A DNA stretch of 64,000 bases. It comes from Gemmatimonadales bacterium. Its GTDB lineage: Bacteria > Gemmatimonadota > Gemmatimonadetes > Gemmatimonadales > GWC2-71-9. Where the stretch lies: positions 9,463 to 73,462 of the forward strand of contig JBBQFH010000013.1 of NCBI GenBank assembly GCA_038321865.1, written 5' to 3'. Both the position numbers and the translations under genes were made by a program. Numbering within the stretch: position 1 is the first letter of the stretch; each line of letters opens with the position of its first letter. The notes beneath the pieces are model-generated. The model saw only the letters and a list, made by a program, of their open reading frames with translations. It searched no databases and was not told where the DNA came from. Below are positions 9,736 through 18,455 of the stretch, piece after piece.

Positions 9736-9770
9736 GGCCCGGATATAGCGACGACGACGGCGCCGGTCAA
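9735..9770 (-). promoter_or_regulatory. Sigma70-type leaderless promoter of the leader ORF/TonB receptor unit
   Basis: Minus strand TTGACC(9770-65)-N17-TATATC(9747-42)-N6-ATG(9735). Confidence 0.5.
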
Positions 9771-9816
9771 GCACGCGATTCACAACCGCGGGCTATCCGT
9801 TTACCTCTTCGTCGTG

Positions 9817-10818
9817 ATGAATCCGCACGATCCCGGCACCGAGTCCGCCGGCGCGCGCGCCGGCCTTGTCGGCCCCGGCACCCAAGTCCCGGTGGCGGTG
9901 CCGGGCGGCGGGAGCGTGCTCGTCGGCACCGCGGGCTGGACCGATCCCACACTGACTGCGCCCGGCGTATTCTATCCGGCAGGCGCCACCTCCGCGGAAG
10001 ACCGGCTGCGCTACTATGCCAGCCGTTTTCCGATCGTCGAGATCGATTCACCATATTATGCGCTCCCGAGCCGGCGCTCGGCGGAGCTCTGGGTCGCGCG
10101 CACCCCGGACAGCTTCACCTTCGACGTGAAGGCCAACGCACTGATGACCGGCCAGCCAAGCGAAGTGAGCCGGCTGCCCAAGGCGCTGCGGGATGCGCTG
10201 CCGCGCGAGCTGGCGGAGAAGCGCCGCATCTACGGCAGCGAGCTGCCGGCGGAGCTGTACGACGCCGTCTGGGCCTGGTTCGTGGACGCGCTGGAGCCGC
10301 TGCACGCGGCGGGCAAGCTGGGCGCGGTGCTGCTGCAGTATCCCAAATGGTTCCTGCCGAACCGCGAGAACGCCGAGTCGCTGCTCGACGCGAAGCGCCG
10401 GCTGGGTGAATACGGCGCGGCCGTCGAATTCCGCAACCATCGCTGGTTCGCCGGGCGGACGGGTGCGCGCACCCTGGAGTTTCTGACCGAGCAGGAGCTG
10501 CCGCTGGTCATGGTGGACGGACCGCAGGGGATGGAGAGCAGCATTCCGCCGCTCCACGCGGTGACGTCGGCCCGTCTGGCGGTGGTCCGCCTGCACGGCC
10601 GGCGGCGCGAAACGTGGGAAACGCCCGGCGTGTCGGTGGCGGAGCGGTTCCGCTATCTGTATGACCGGAATGAGCTGCAGGAGTGGCTGCCCGGCATTCT
10701 CGATGCCGCGCGGGAGGCCAGGCGGGTGCACGTGATTCACAACAACTGCTACGCGAACTACGGCGCCACAAACGCGCTCGAGATGGCCTCGCTGCTTCGG
10801 GAGCGGGCCGAGGCCTGA
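9817..10818 (+). CDS. DUF72 (YecE-like) domain protein
   Basis: VGTAGW, RLRYYASRFPIVEIDSPYYALP, FTFDVKA, LGAVLLQYP, AVEFRN, VVRLHGR, YLY, HNNC. Confidence 0.9.
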   Translation: MNPHDPGTESAGARAGLVGPGTQVPVAVPGGGSVLVGTAGWTDPTLTAPGVFYPAGATSAEDRLRYYASRFPIVEIDSPYYALPSRRSAELWVARTPDSFTFDVKANALMTGQPSEVSRLPKALRDALPRELAEKRRIYGSELPAELYDAVWAWFVDALEPLHAAGKLGAVLLQYPKWFLPNRENAESLLDAKRRLGEYGAAVEFRNHRWFAGRTGARTLEFLTEQELPLVMVDGPQGMESSIPPLHAVTSARLAVVRLHGRRRETWETPGVSVAERFRYLYDRNELQEWLPGILDAAREARRVHVIHNNCYANYGATNALEMASLLRERAEA

Positions 10819-10830
10819 CGCGGGGCGCGG

Positions 10831-11142
10831 CTACCGATCCAGGGACCAGCTCCCGACGGCGACGACCGCGGCGGCGATCGAGGCCGCGACCGCCATCACC
10901 TTGGCCACCCGCGCCATCGCGGGGCGAAGACAGACCGGCGAATCGCGGAATTCGAGGCCGTGCAAGGGCAGGTGAAGGCGACGGTCACCGAAGTCGAGCA
11001 GTACCATGCCGTCGCGGTCGTCGTCCCGGCGGCGGCCGGGACACACGTCGTGCCAGCCGTCGGTGCTGACGCCGCTCGGCAGGATCAGGCGATCGGGCAG
11101 AATGCGGGCCTGCGAGCGCCGAAGCGAGATGGAAACTGGCAT
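10831..11142 (-). CDS. Hypothetical small protein with C-terminal hydrophobic anchor
   Basis: Fills the gap between convergent/divergent neighbours; hydrophobic C-terminus (VAKVMAVAASIAAAVVAVG). No family recognised. Confidence 0.4.
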   Translation of the reverse strand: MPVSISLRRSQARILPDRLILPSGVSTDGWHDVCPGRRRDDDRDGMVLLDFGDRRLHLPLHGLEFRDSPVCLRPAMARVAKVMAVAASIAAAVVAVGSWSLDR

Positions 11143-11258
11143 GAAGCTGGGGATCCTGAACCGGGTGGAAACGGGCAGCGGCAGGCGCGGCGGGAATGAC
11201 GAAGTATACTCCCCGGCCGGTGCTTGCGGGAAGCGCGTGACCGGTACTCATTGGACGC

Positions 11259-11975
11259 ATGGTTTCGCTGCCCCAGCCCGCTCCGCCAACCCCGGCGGCG
11301 TCTCCCGCGGCACAGGTCCGGTCCGAGCGATTCGTCGGCCTGACGCTGCTCGTGGGCATCATCGCGGCCGTGGTCGTGCTGGGACTGCTGACCTGGCTCG
11401 CCCGCGAAATGCTCGAAGGCGAGACCCTCAGGTTCGATGAGGCGGTGCGGGGCGCGGTGCATTCGGTCGCGGGGCCCGGGCTGACGCGTCTCATGCTCGC
11501 GGCCAGCCGGTTCGGCTCGCCCGTCTGGCTCGGGCCCGTCGGGGCCGTCATCGCCCTCTACTTCTTCGCCAGGGGATGGCGCCGTGCGGCGCTGCTGCTG
11601 CCGCTCACACTCATCGGCACCGGTATACTGGACACGCTGCTGAAGTACAGCTTCCAGCGCGCGCGCCCGACGGCGTTCTTCGACTACCCGCTCCCGACCT
11701 CCTACAGCTTCCCGAGCGGCCACGCGATGTTCAGCTTCTGCTTCTTCACCGTGCTCGCCGCCCTGCTGTCCCCCCGGCTCGCGCGGCCGGAGCTCCGCGT
11801 GCTGACCTGGACGCTGGCGATCGCCGCCGCATTGCTGATCGGGCTCTCCCGCATCTATCTCGGCGTCCACTATCCCAGCGACGTCATCGCCGGTTACGGG
11901 ACCGGGTTCGTCTGGGTGGTCGTCGTGGCGTTCGGGGACCGCGTGGCGCACCGCATCAAGCACGGCCAGGCGTAG
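11259..11975 (+). CDS. PAP2-family membrane phosphatase
   Basis: K...RARP, SFPSGHA, SRIYLGVHYPSDV motifs; multiple TMs. Confidence 0.93.
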   Translation: MVSLPQPAPPTPAASPAAQVRSERFVGLTLLVGIIAAVVVLGLLTWLAREMLEGETLRFDEAVRGAVHSVAGPGLTRLMLAASRFGSPVWLGPVGAVIALYFFARGWRRAALLLPLTLIGTGILDTLLKYSFQRARPTAFFDYPLPTSYSFPSGHAMFSFCFFTVLAALLSPRLARPELRVLTWTLAIAAALLIGLSRIYLGVHYPSDVIAGYGTGFVWVVVVAFGDRVAHRIKHGQA

Positions 11976-12865
11976 TGCCGCCCGTGGTGGTGCTGCTCAA
12001 TGCGTCTTCCGGCAAGGGGAAGGCGCCGGCGGCGGCGAAGCTCATCCAGGAGATGTTCGCCGAAGCGGGCCGCGAGGTGCGCGTCGAGCTGGTGAACGGC
12101 GGCGAGCGCCTGCGCACCCTGGCACTGGAAGCGGTCGGCGGCGGGTGCGCCGCCCTGGTGGCGGGCGGCGGCGACGGAACGATCAACACCGCCGCGTCCG
12201 CTGTCGCCGGCACCGACATTCCCCTGGGCGTACTGCCACTCGGCACGCTGAACCACTTCGCCAAGGATCTCGGCCTGCCGATCGATCTCGCCGAGGCGGT
12301 GCGCATCGTGCTCGGCGGCCGGACCACGCGGGTGGATGTCGGTGAGGTCAACGGCCGCGTCTTTCTCAACAACTCGAGCATCGGCGTGTACCCGCGCCTC
12401 GTTCGCCTCCGCGACCGGTACCAGAAGCGCGGACTGGGCAAGTGGATCGCGGCGTTCTGGGCCATGCTCGTCGTGCTGCGGCGGCATTCCTTCATGGGCG
12501 TGCGCGTCGTCGCCGACGGCGAGACGATCGTGCGTCGGACGCCCTTCGTCTTCATCGGCAACAACGAGTACAGGATGGCAGGGACGGACGCCGGCAGTCG
12601 CGAGTCCCTGAACGGCGGGACGCTGGCGCTCTATCTCATGAACGCGACCGGCCGGCGAAGTCTCCTCTGGCTGGCCTGGAAGATCCTGCTGGGCCACACC
12701 CAGCAGCTGCGGGAGCTGGAGACGGTGCTGGTGCGCGAGGCGACGGTGGAAACCCGCCGCGGGACGCAGAAGGTGGCCATCGATGGCGAAGTGATGGACG
12801 AGACGGGACCGCTGGAGTATCGCATCCGTCCCGGCGCGCTCAACGTTTTCACAGGTGACAGCTGA
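11975..12865 (+). CDS. Diacylglycerol/lipid kinase family protein (YegS/DAGK)
   Basis: GTG overlapping the PAP2 stop; LLNASSG, AGGGDGT, LPLGTLNHFA, FLNNSSIG, IDGE. Confidence 0.9.
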   Translation: MPPVVVLLNASSGKGKAPAAAKLIQEMFAEAGREVRVELVNGGERLRTLALEAVGGGCAALVAGGGDGTINTAASAVAGTDIPLGVLPLGTLNHFAKDLGLPIDLAEAVRIVLGGRTTRVDVGEVNGRVFLNNSSIGVYPRLVRLRDRYQKRGLGKWIAAFWAMLVVLRRHSFMGVRVVADGETIVRRTPFVFIGNNEYRMAGTDAGSRESLNGGTLALYLMNATGRRSLLWLAWKILLGHTQQLRELETVLVREATVETRRGTQKVAIDGEVMDETGPLEYRIRPGALNVFTGDS

Positions 12866-12866
12866 C

Positions 12867-13604
12867 ATGCGGACGTCGAATCCGGCACTGAAGGACGCAC
12901 TGTACGGCACCCGGGCGGCGGCCGGCGAGGAGGCCATGACGATCAACGGCACGATCGGCAAGGCATTCGTCCTCATGCTGCTCGCGCTCGGCACGGCGAC
13001 CTTCACCTGGCACGCCGCACTCAACGGGCGGCCCGGACTGGCCAGCGCCGGCATGCTGGTCGGCGTCATCGGCGGCTTCGTCGTGTCGCTGGTCGGCATC
13101 CTCAAGCCGCGCACCGCGCCCTTCACCGCTCCGGCCTACGCGCTGCTCGAAGGCCTGGCGCTCGGCGCCATCTCCGCCTTTTACCAGACGCGCTACGCCG
13201 GCGTGCCGATCCAGGCGGTGACGCTGACCTTCCTGACGCTCTTCTCCGTGCTCGCGCTCTACCGCGCGGGCGTACTGCGCGCGACCGAGCGGTTCCGCGC
13301 CGTCGTCATGGCCGCGACGTTCGGCGTCATGCTCTTCTACATGCTCTCCATCGTGCTGGGACTCTTCGGCATCCAGGTGCCGCTGATCCAGGACGCGTCA
13401 CCGGTCGGCATCGTGTTCAGCGGCGCGGTGCTGATCCTGGCCGCCATGCACTACGTGCTGGACTTCGACTTCATCGAGCGCGGCGCCGCCGCCGGCGCGC
13501 CGAAGTACCTCGAGTTCTACAGTGCGATGGCCCTGCTCATCACCACCGTCTGGGTCTATCTCGAGGCGCTTCGCCTCTTCAGCAAGCTGCAGCGCCGCCG
13601 CTGA
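12867..13604 (+). CDS. Bax inhibitor-1/YccA family membrane protein
   Basis: MRTSNPAL, MTINGT, PAYALLEGL, LDFDFIE, APKYLE, VWVYLEALRL; about 7 TMs; alternative GTG start at 12855. Confidence 0.88.
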   Translation: MRTSNPALKDALYGTRAAAGEEAMTINGTIGKAFVLMLLALGTATFTWHAALNGRPGLASAGMLVGVIGGFVVSLVGILKPRTAPFTAPAYALLEGLALGAISAFYQTRYAGVPIQAVTLTFLTLFSVLALYRAGVLRATERFRAVVMAATFGVMLFYMLSIVLGLFGIQVPLIQDASPVGIVFSGAVLILAAMHYVLDFDFIERGAAAGAPKYLEFYSAMALLITTVWVYLEALRLFSKLQRRR

Positions 13605-13607
13605 ACC

Positions 13608-16600
13608 TCAGAAGGGGCGGCCGCCACCGCCGCCGCCGCCGTCGAATCCGCGTCCCTCGCCCTGGCCGCCGGGGCCGCCCTGGCCCCGGCCCCGCGGCGT
13701 CCTGATCCGCTCCGGTACCTTGGTCCACTGTTCCGGGGTCAGCACCGCCTGCACGTCGGCAAGCGCCTTCCGGCCGCCGGCCTGCGCTTCCTGGATCCGC
13801 GGCCGGAGCGCCATGAACAGCCGGGCCGGGTCCGGGCTCGGTCCCGCCTTGGTGACTTCCGCCTGAATCGCCGCGGCGAGCGCCGCGTGTTGCGCCCTCA
13901 CCGAGTCGGCCAGGACCTTGAGCTTCGCCTGCTGGTCGGCGGTGAGCGCCAGCGAATCCTTGAGCACGAGGATGGAATCAGCCGGATTCGGCAGGAAGGC
14001 GGCCATCCGGTTCACCAGTCCCTCGGAACCCGCGGCCCCGCGGCGGAGTCCTTCCAGCGCCTGGCGGGTCCGGTCGGGGCCGATGGTCAGGCGCGCCTGG
14101 ATGCCGACCTGGAACGGCGATCGGATCGCGGTGGTGGTGCCGCCGGTCGCTCCGAAGCGCTCGTTCACCGCGTAAGTGAAGTTGTGCGTGGTCGAGTCGA
14201 AGCCGGTGACGTACAGCAGCGTCGCATCGGGCCGCGCATTCAGCCCCCAGCCGTGCGCGTTGGCCGAGCCGTGGATGAGATCGTCGACGCCGCGCAGCAG
14301 GTTGACCGTCACCACCGAGATCATCAGCTGGCGGCGGAGGCCGAGGATGGTCGGCCGGTAGTTGAGCTGCAGGTCGAACGATCCCTGCCATGGGCCGAGA
14401 CAGCTGTTCCGGCCCGCCACCACACCGAGCTGCGCGGTGAGGCAGCTGCGGATGCGGCTCGGGGCCGTCGCGATCAGCCGGTCCATCGCGGCGCCGATGG
14501 CGGGATCGGGCGCGGTGCCTGACGTGAAGATGTACGCCCGGTCGTTCCGCAGCCCGTCTCCGTTGATGTCGGAGCCCACGCGCGGCGTGAACGGCGTGCC
14601 CGAGGTCAGGCGCGCAATCGTGGTGATCTCGAGCGAGCGGCCGATCGGATAGGTGAGGGTGGTGAGAAACGAGTGGCGGCGCTCGAGGTCACTGGTCGCC
14701 CACTCGGGGATGTTGGGGTTGCCGGCGGTGGTCGCCGATCCGAAGCCCTGGGTGCCGAACCCGCTGCTGGAGAGCTGGTCCCGCGAGCGGGACAGGCTGT
14801 ACGACGCCTGGAAGATCACGCCCTTGCGGGTGATGCCGCCGAGCGACGCGGTGAGCTGCTTCGAGGTGGATGCGAGGCCGGAGTTGGCCTGGATCACCTG
14901 ACCGAACGCCGCGTCACGCCGGGAGCCGGTGAAGCCGACGGCGCCGGTCGCCGGATCGATCTGGCTCGGATCCACGAATACCGGCCGGTTGCCTTCGTTC
15001 GACAGACCGAATTGCGGCGTGTCGTTGAGGTTGAGATCGGTGAAGCCGGTCTGGCTCACTCCGCGCGCGTAGCTCCCGTCGAGCGAGAAGCGGATCAGCT
15101 GGGTCACGGCGCGCTGCATGCCGAGAGACGTGCGCCAGGAACGCGGCGCCTGGAAGCCATCGCGGAAGACCAGCGCGTTGGGCGCGGTGGTCGCGATCGC
15201 CGGCCCGCCGGGGGCGCATTCCGTGGGGATGGTGGACGGGTCGGCGGCGTAGGCGGCCCAGTCCGGCGTGGGCGAGCCCTCGCCGACGCAGAAGAACTGC
15301 GATTCCGAGTTGACCAGTCCGGTGGATGACTGCGCGAACGACGCGAGCGACAGCGGCATCGGGCTCCGGAATTCCCCGCCGCCGCCGCGGATGATCCACT
15401 TGGGCGGCGCCCCTTCCTGCTGTCCCAGCGTCCAGCTGAATCCGGCGCGCGGGCTCAGGTGCGTTTCGGATGGAAGCCGGTCGGTACGGCTGCCGAAGCT
15501 GGCATCGAGCGCCGGGTTGTAGGCCGGGGGGTTCCGGAACGAGGAGCCCTCACCGCGGACGCCGTAGGTGAGCTGGAGGCTTCGGGTGGTGCGCCAGGTG
15601 TCCCCGAAGTACGCGGCATAGTCCACACCGCTGGCGTTCCGCGCGAGCGGCGCCACGGTGCGCGCGAAGCTCGCCGGGCGCCCGGCTTCGAGATCGGCCA
15701 GCGAGTTGAACTGGAACGAGCCGAGCTGATTGGTGGACGAGACGTCGTTCGAGCGCTGGACATTGTACATCAGCCCCAGCTTGAGCCGGTGCACGCCGGT
15801 GCCGGGGAGCCAGGACAGCTCATCGCTGGTCTCCAGGCCGTGCGTGCGCGAGCGCTGGGGAAACCCCGTGGCACCGCCGAAGGACAGCGCGCTGATCGAC
15901 GTCGACCCGTCCGACAGCTCCGAGGCGACCTGCACTCGGCCCGCCGGCAGCGGCGTGAACGCCGCACCGTCTCGCTTGGAGCCGGTCAGGTAGGCCCGCG
16001 CCTCGTTGATGAAGTGCACGCCGAAGCGGGACGTGAGCGTCGCCATGCCGCCGCCGCCGTCGGTATCGAGCGTGCCGCCGGTCTGCGGCAGTGACAGCGA
16101 GCCCACCCGTGACGGATCCTGGCTCGAGCCGCGCCAGTCGCCGCGCAGCGTCAGGGTGTGCGCATCGGACAGGAGGTAGTCGAACCGCACCAGCGCCGAG
16201 TAGTTGTTGCTTTTCCGGCTGCTGGGGAAAATGGTCGTGGCCGAGGTCACGCCCTGGCTCGCGAGGATCGAGGTGAGGCGCGCCACCGAGTCCGGTGACA
16301 CGCCCAGGCGCTCGAGATCGGTGCTCGTCGCGTCGAGCAGCGTGGGCTGCGCGTCGGTCCGGAGCGTCGCCTGCAGCGAGCCGAACACGAAGAGCCGATT
16401 GTTGATGATGGGGCCACCGAGGCCGCCGCTCAGCAGGTTCTGGGTGAAGCCGCTGGTGAAGGGCGAGTCGCCGCCGTCGACGGTGAGGCCGTCGTCTCGA
16501 AGCGAATAGTTGGCCGTGCCCTGGATGACGTTGGTGCCGCCGCGGGTAGTGGACGCGACCAGCCCGCCGCTGAACTGCCCGCGGGCCACGTCGTAGGTGC

Positions 16601-17273
16601 TGGTGACCACCCGCGTGCTCCGTACGGCGTCCTGCGGCACCGAGCCCGAGCCGAACAGGAGCCCGTCGAGCGTCACGGCGTTCGCATCGGCCCGCTGGCC
16701 CGCCACCGAGAAAGCGGCGGCACTCGTGTCGGTTCCCGCGAGCGCCACCACGCCGGGCACCAGCGCGACCAGCGCGGTCAGGTCGCTGGCGTCGATCGGC
16801 AGGCGCGCGACGTTGTCGGGCGTGAGCACCCGTTCGGTGGATCCCGGCGTCGGCAGGTCCGGCGCCCGGACCTGCCGGCGCGAGCGCACCGTCACCGCGT
16901 CGAGCTGGATGATCGAGGTACCCAGCGCCACGTTCCAGACCAGGCGGTCCTCGTCGGCCTGGCGGCTGAGCGTCGTCGTGCGCGGGGCCATCCCGATCAT
17001 CCGGGCGGTCATCCGGTACTGGCCGCCGCCGTCCGGAAAGACGATCGTGTAGCGGCCCCGCGGGTCGGTCAGCTGACGGCGGGTGATCTGGGTTTCCAGG
17101 GAAAATGCCTCGATCGTCGCTTCGCCGAGCGGCCGGCCGGTCGAGTCGCTCACGACACCGGTGATGACGTCGGTCGTGGCGCCCACCTGGGCCCGGGCGG
17201 CGGCCGGCAGGGCCATCCCGGCGAGGACGGCGAGGGCGCGAAAACTGGCGCGAATGCGAACCGGCTTCATCAT
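13608..17273 (-). CDS. Oar-like TonB-dependent receptor with N-terminal carboxypeptidase-regulatory-like domain and C-terminal LTxxQ helical extension
   Basis: Signal peptide, ITGVVSD..GRPL, TYDVARGQFSGG...TRGGTN, SPRAGFSW, DINGDG.RND; C-terminal LTADQ/LTPEQ and Gly-rich tail. Confidence 0.85.
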   Translation of the reverse strand: MMKPVRIRASFRALAVLAGMALPAAARAQVGATTDVITGVVSDSTGRPLGEATIEAFSLETQITRRQLTDPRGRYTIVFPDGGGQYRMTARMIGMAPRTTTLSRQADEDRLVWNVALGTSIIQLDAVTVRSRRQVRAPDLPTPGSTERVLTPDNVARLPIDASDLTALVALVPGVVALAGTDTSAAAFSVAGQRADANAVTLDGLLFGSGSVPQDAVRSTRVVTSTYDVARGQFSGGLVASTTRGGTNVIQGTANYSLRDDGLTVDGGDSPFTSGFTQNLLSGGLGGPIINNRLFVFGSLQATLRTDAQPTLLDATSTDLERLGVSPDSVARLTSILASQGVTSATTIFPSSRKSNNYSALVRFDYLLSDAHTLTLRGDWRGSSQDPSRVGSLSLPQTGGTLDTDGGGGMATLTSRFGVHFINEARAYLTGSKRDGAAFTPLPAGRVQVASELSDGSTSISALSFGGATGFPQRSRTHGLETSDELSWLPGTGVHRLKLGLMYNVQRSNDVSSTNQLGSFQFNSLADLEAGRPASFARTVAPLARNASGVDYAAYFGDTWRTTRSLQLTYGVRGEGSSFRNPPAYNPALDASFGSRTDRLPSETHLSPRAGFSWTLGQQEGAPPKWIIRGGGGEFRSPMPLSLASFAQSSTGLVNSESQFFCVGEGSPTPDWAAYAADPSTIPTECAPGGPAIATTAPNALVFRDGFQAPRSWRTSLGMQRAVTQLIRFSLDGSYARGVSQTGFTDLNLNDTPQFGLSNEGNRPVFVDPSQIDPATGAVGFTGSRRDAAFGQVIQANSGLASTSKQLTASLGGITRKGVIFQASYSLSRSRDQLSSSGFGTQGFGSATTAGNPNIPEWATSDLERRHSFLTTLTYPIGRSLEITTIARLTSGTPFTPRVGSDINGDGLRNDRAYIFTSGTAPDPAIGAAMDRLIATAPSRIRSCLTAQLGVVAGRNSCLGPWQGSFDLQLNYRPTILGLRRQLMISVVTVNLLRGVDDLIHGSANAHGWGLNARPDATLLYVTGFDSTTHNFTYAVNERFGATGGTTTAIRSPFQVGIQARLTIGPDRTRQALEGLRRGAAGSEGLVNRMAAFLPNPADSILVLKDSLALTADQQAKLKVLADSVRAQHAALAAAIQAEVTKAGPSPDPARLFMALRPRIQEAQAGGRKALADVQAVLTPEQWTKVPERIRTPRGRGQGGPGGQGEGRGFDGGGGGGGRPF

Positions 17274-17384
17274 ACGGAGCGGGCCTTGGCTGGAGCGGAG
17301 CGAACCGGTCCCCCACGGCAGGGGGCGGCGACGGTAGCTATACGGCCGGCGATCGCCGGCCGTTGGCACCGAACATCAGGCGAG

Positions 17385-17410
17385 AGAACCGCCAGCACCC
17401 CGGGCGCGTC
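17385..17410 (+). promoter_or_regulatory. Candidate ECF sigma promoter 1 (Met-rich protein/sigma/anti-sigma operon)
   Basis: GAACC(17386-90)-N16-CGTC(17407-10); same motif and spacing occurs twice more in 20132-20188. Confidence 0.65.
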
Positions 17411-17458
17411 CTCCGGTCGTCAACCCGGCTGGACTCACACCGTTCAAAGGACGATCCC

Positions 17459-17806
17459 ATGCTGTCGCATACTTGGCGCCTCACGTTGGGTTTTGTGGTT
17501 ATCCTCAGCGCAGCGGCCGCGCTGCCGGCGCTCGCGCAGGGCACGACCGGCACCATGCAGCACCCGGCCCGCAAGCACCCCTCCAGGGCGCATGGCACAA
17601 TGACGCGAAACACAATGACGCATGATTCCATGGGGCACGGCGTCATGTCACATGGAGCGAGGGCAGGCAGCGCGCTGCCCATGGACTCGATGGCGCACGG
17701 ATCAATGAATGCCGGGACGATGGAGCATGGGGCCATGACGCACGAAACGATGACGCACGAGACGATGAAGCACGATACCGCCAGCTCCATGAAGGCGACC
17801 CACTAG
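17459..17806 (+). CDS. Secreted Met/His-rich pentapeptide-repeat protein (MxKDx-like, here MxHxx)
   Basis: AAGGA SD; signal peptide ending ALA; repeats MTHDS-MGHGV-MSHGA...MEHGA-MTHET-MTHET-MKHDT. Confidence 0.8.
   Translation: MLSHTWRLTLGFVVILSAAAALPALAQGTTGTMQHPARKHPSRAHGTMTRNTMTHDSMGHGVMSHGARAGSALPMDSMAHGSMNAGTMEHGAMTHETMTHETMKHDTASSMKATH
17735..17779 (+). repeat. Three 15-bp imperfect tandem repeats encoding MTHET/MTHET/MKHDT
   Basis: atgacgcacgaaacg atgacgcacgagacg atgaagcacgatacc. Confidence 0.8.
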
Positions 17807-18445
17807 GTGACGCCCGCCCGGCATCCCGCGGCGCGCGGGGCTGGTCTCCCGCGGCTGCGGGATCGCCCAGCCGGTGAGCGCGACGCGGCACTCCGTGCCC
17901 GCCTGATCGCGCGGGACGAGCGCGCGCTGGCCGAGCTGATCGAGCTGGCCACGCCGTGGCTCCTCGGCGTGGCCCAGGGCATCCTGCACGATGCGGACGA
18001 GGCCGAGGAGGTCGTGTCCGATGCGCTGCTTACGGCATGGAACCGGATCGAGCTGCTGGCCGAGGAAGACGCCATGCTGATGCCCTGGCTGCTGCGCATC
18101 ACCAGGAATCGCGCGATCGACAATCTCCGCCGCCGCGCGAGCTGGCGGCGCCGGGCCACGCGGGCCCTCACCTTCGGCGCGCTTCCCGGCCCATCAGTTC
18201 CGCCGGTGGAGCCCAACGAGGCGGGGCACCCCGGGTGGCACGTGCACGAATCGGTGCACGGCGCGCTGCGCACCCTGCCGGAGGAGCAGCGCACCGCCGT
18301 GGAGCTGGCCTACTTCAACGGGCTGACGCACTCGGAAGTGGCCGAGCGGCTGGGCATTCCGATCGGAACGGTGAAGACCCGGCTCCGGCTCGCATTCGAC
18401 AAGCTTCGCGGCACCCTGGCCCCGCTGAAGGGCTGGGTCCTATGA
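17807..18445 (+). CDS. ECF RNA polymerase sigma-70 factor (SigK-like)
   Basis: AEEVVSDALLTAW, WLLRITRNRAIDNLR, LPEEQR..VELAYFNGLTHSEVAERLGIPIGTVKTRLR. Confidence 0.93.
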   Translation: MTPARHPAARGAGLPRLRDRPAGERDAALRARLIARDERALAELIELATPWLLGVAQGILHDADEAEEVVSDALLTAWNRIELLAEEDAMLMPWLLRITRNRAIDNLRRRASWRRRATRALTFGALPGPSVPPVEPNEAGHPGWHVHESVHGALRTLPEEQRTAVELAYFNGLTHSEVAERLGIPIGTVKTRLRLAFDKLRGTLAPLKGWVL

Positions 18446-18455
18446 TGGAGGCCCC

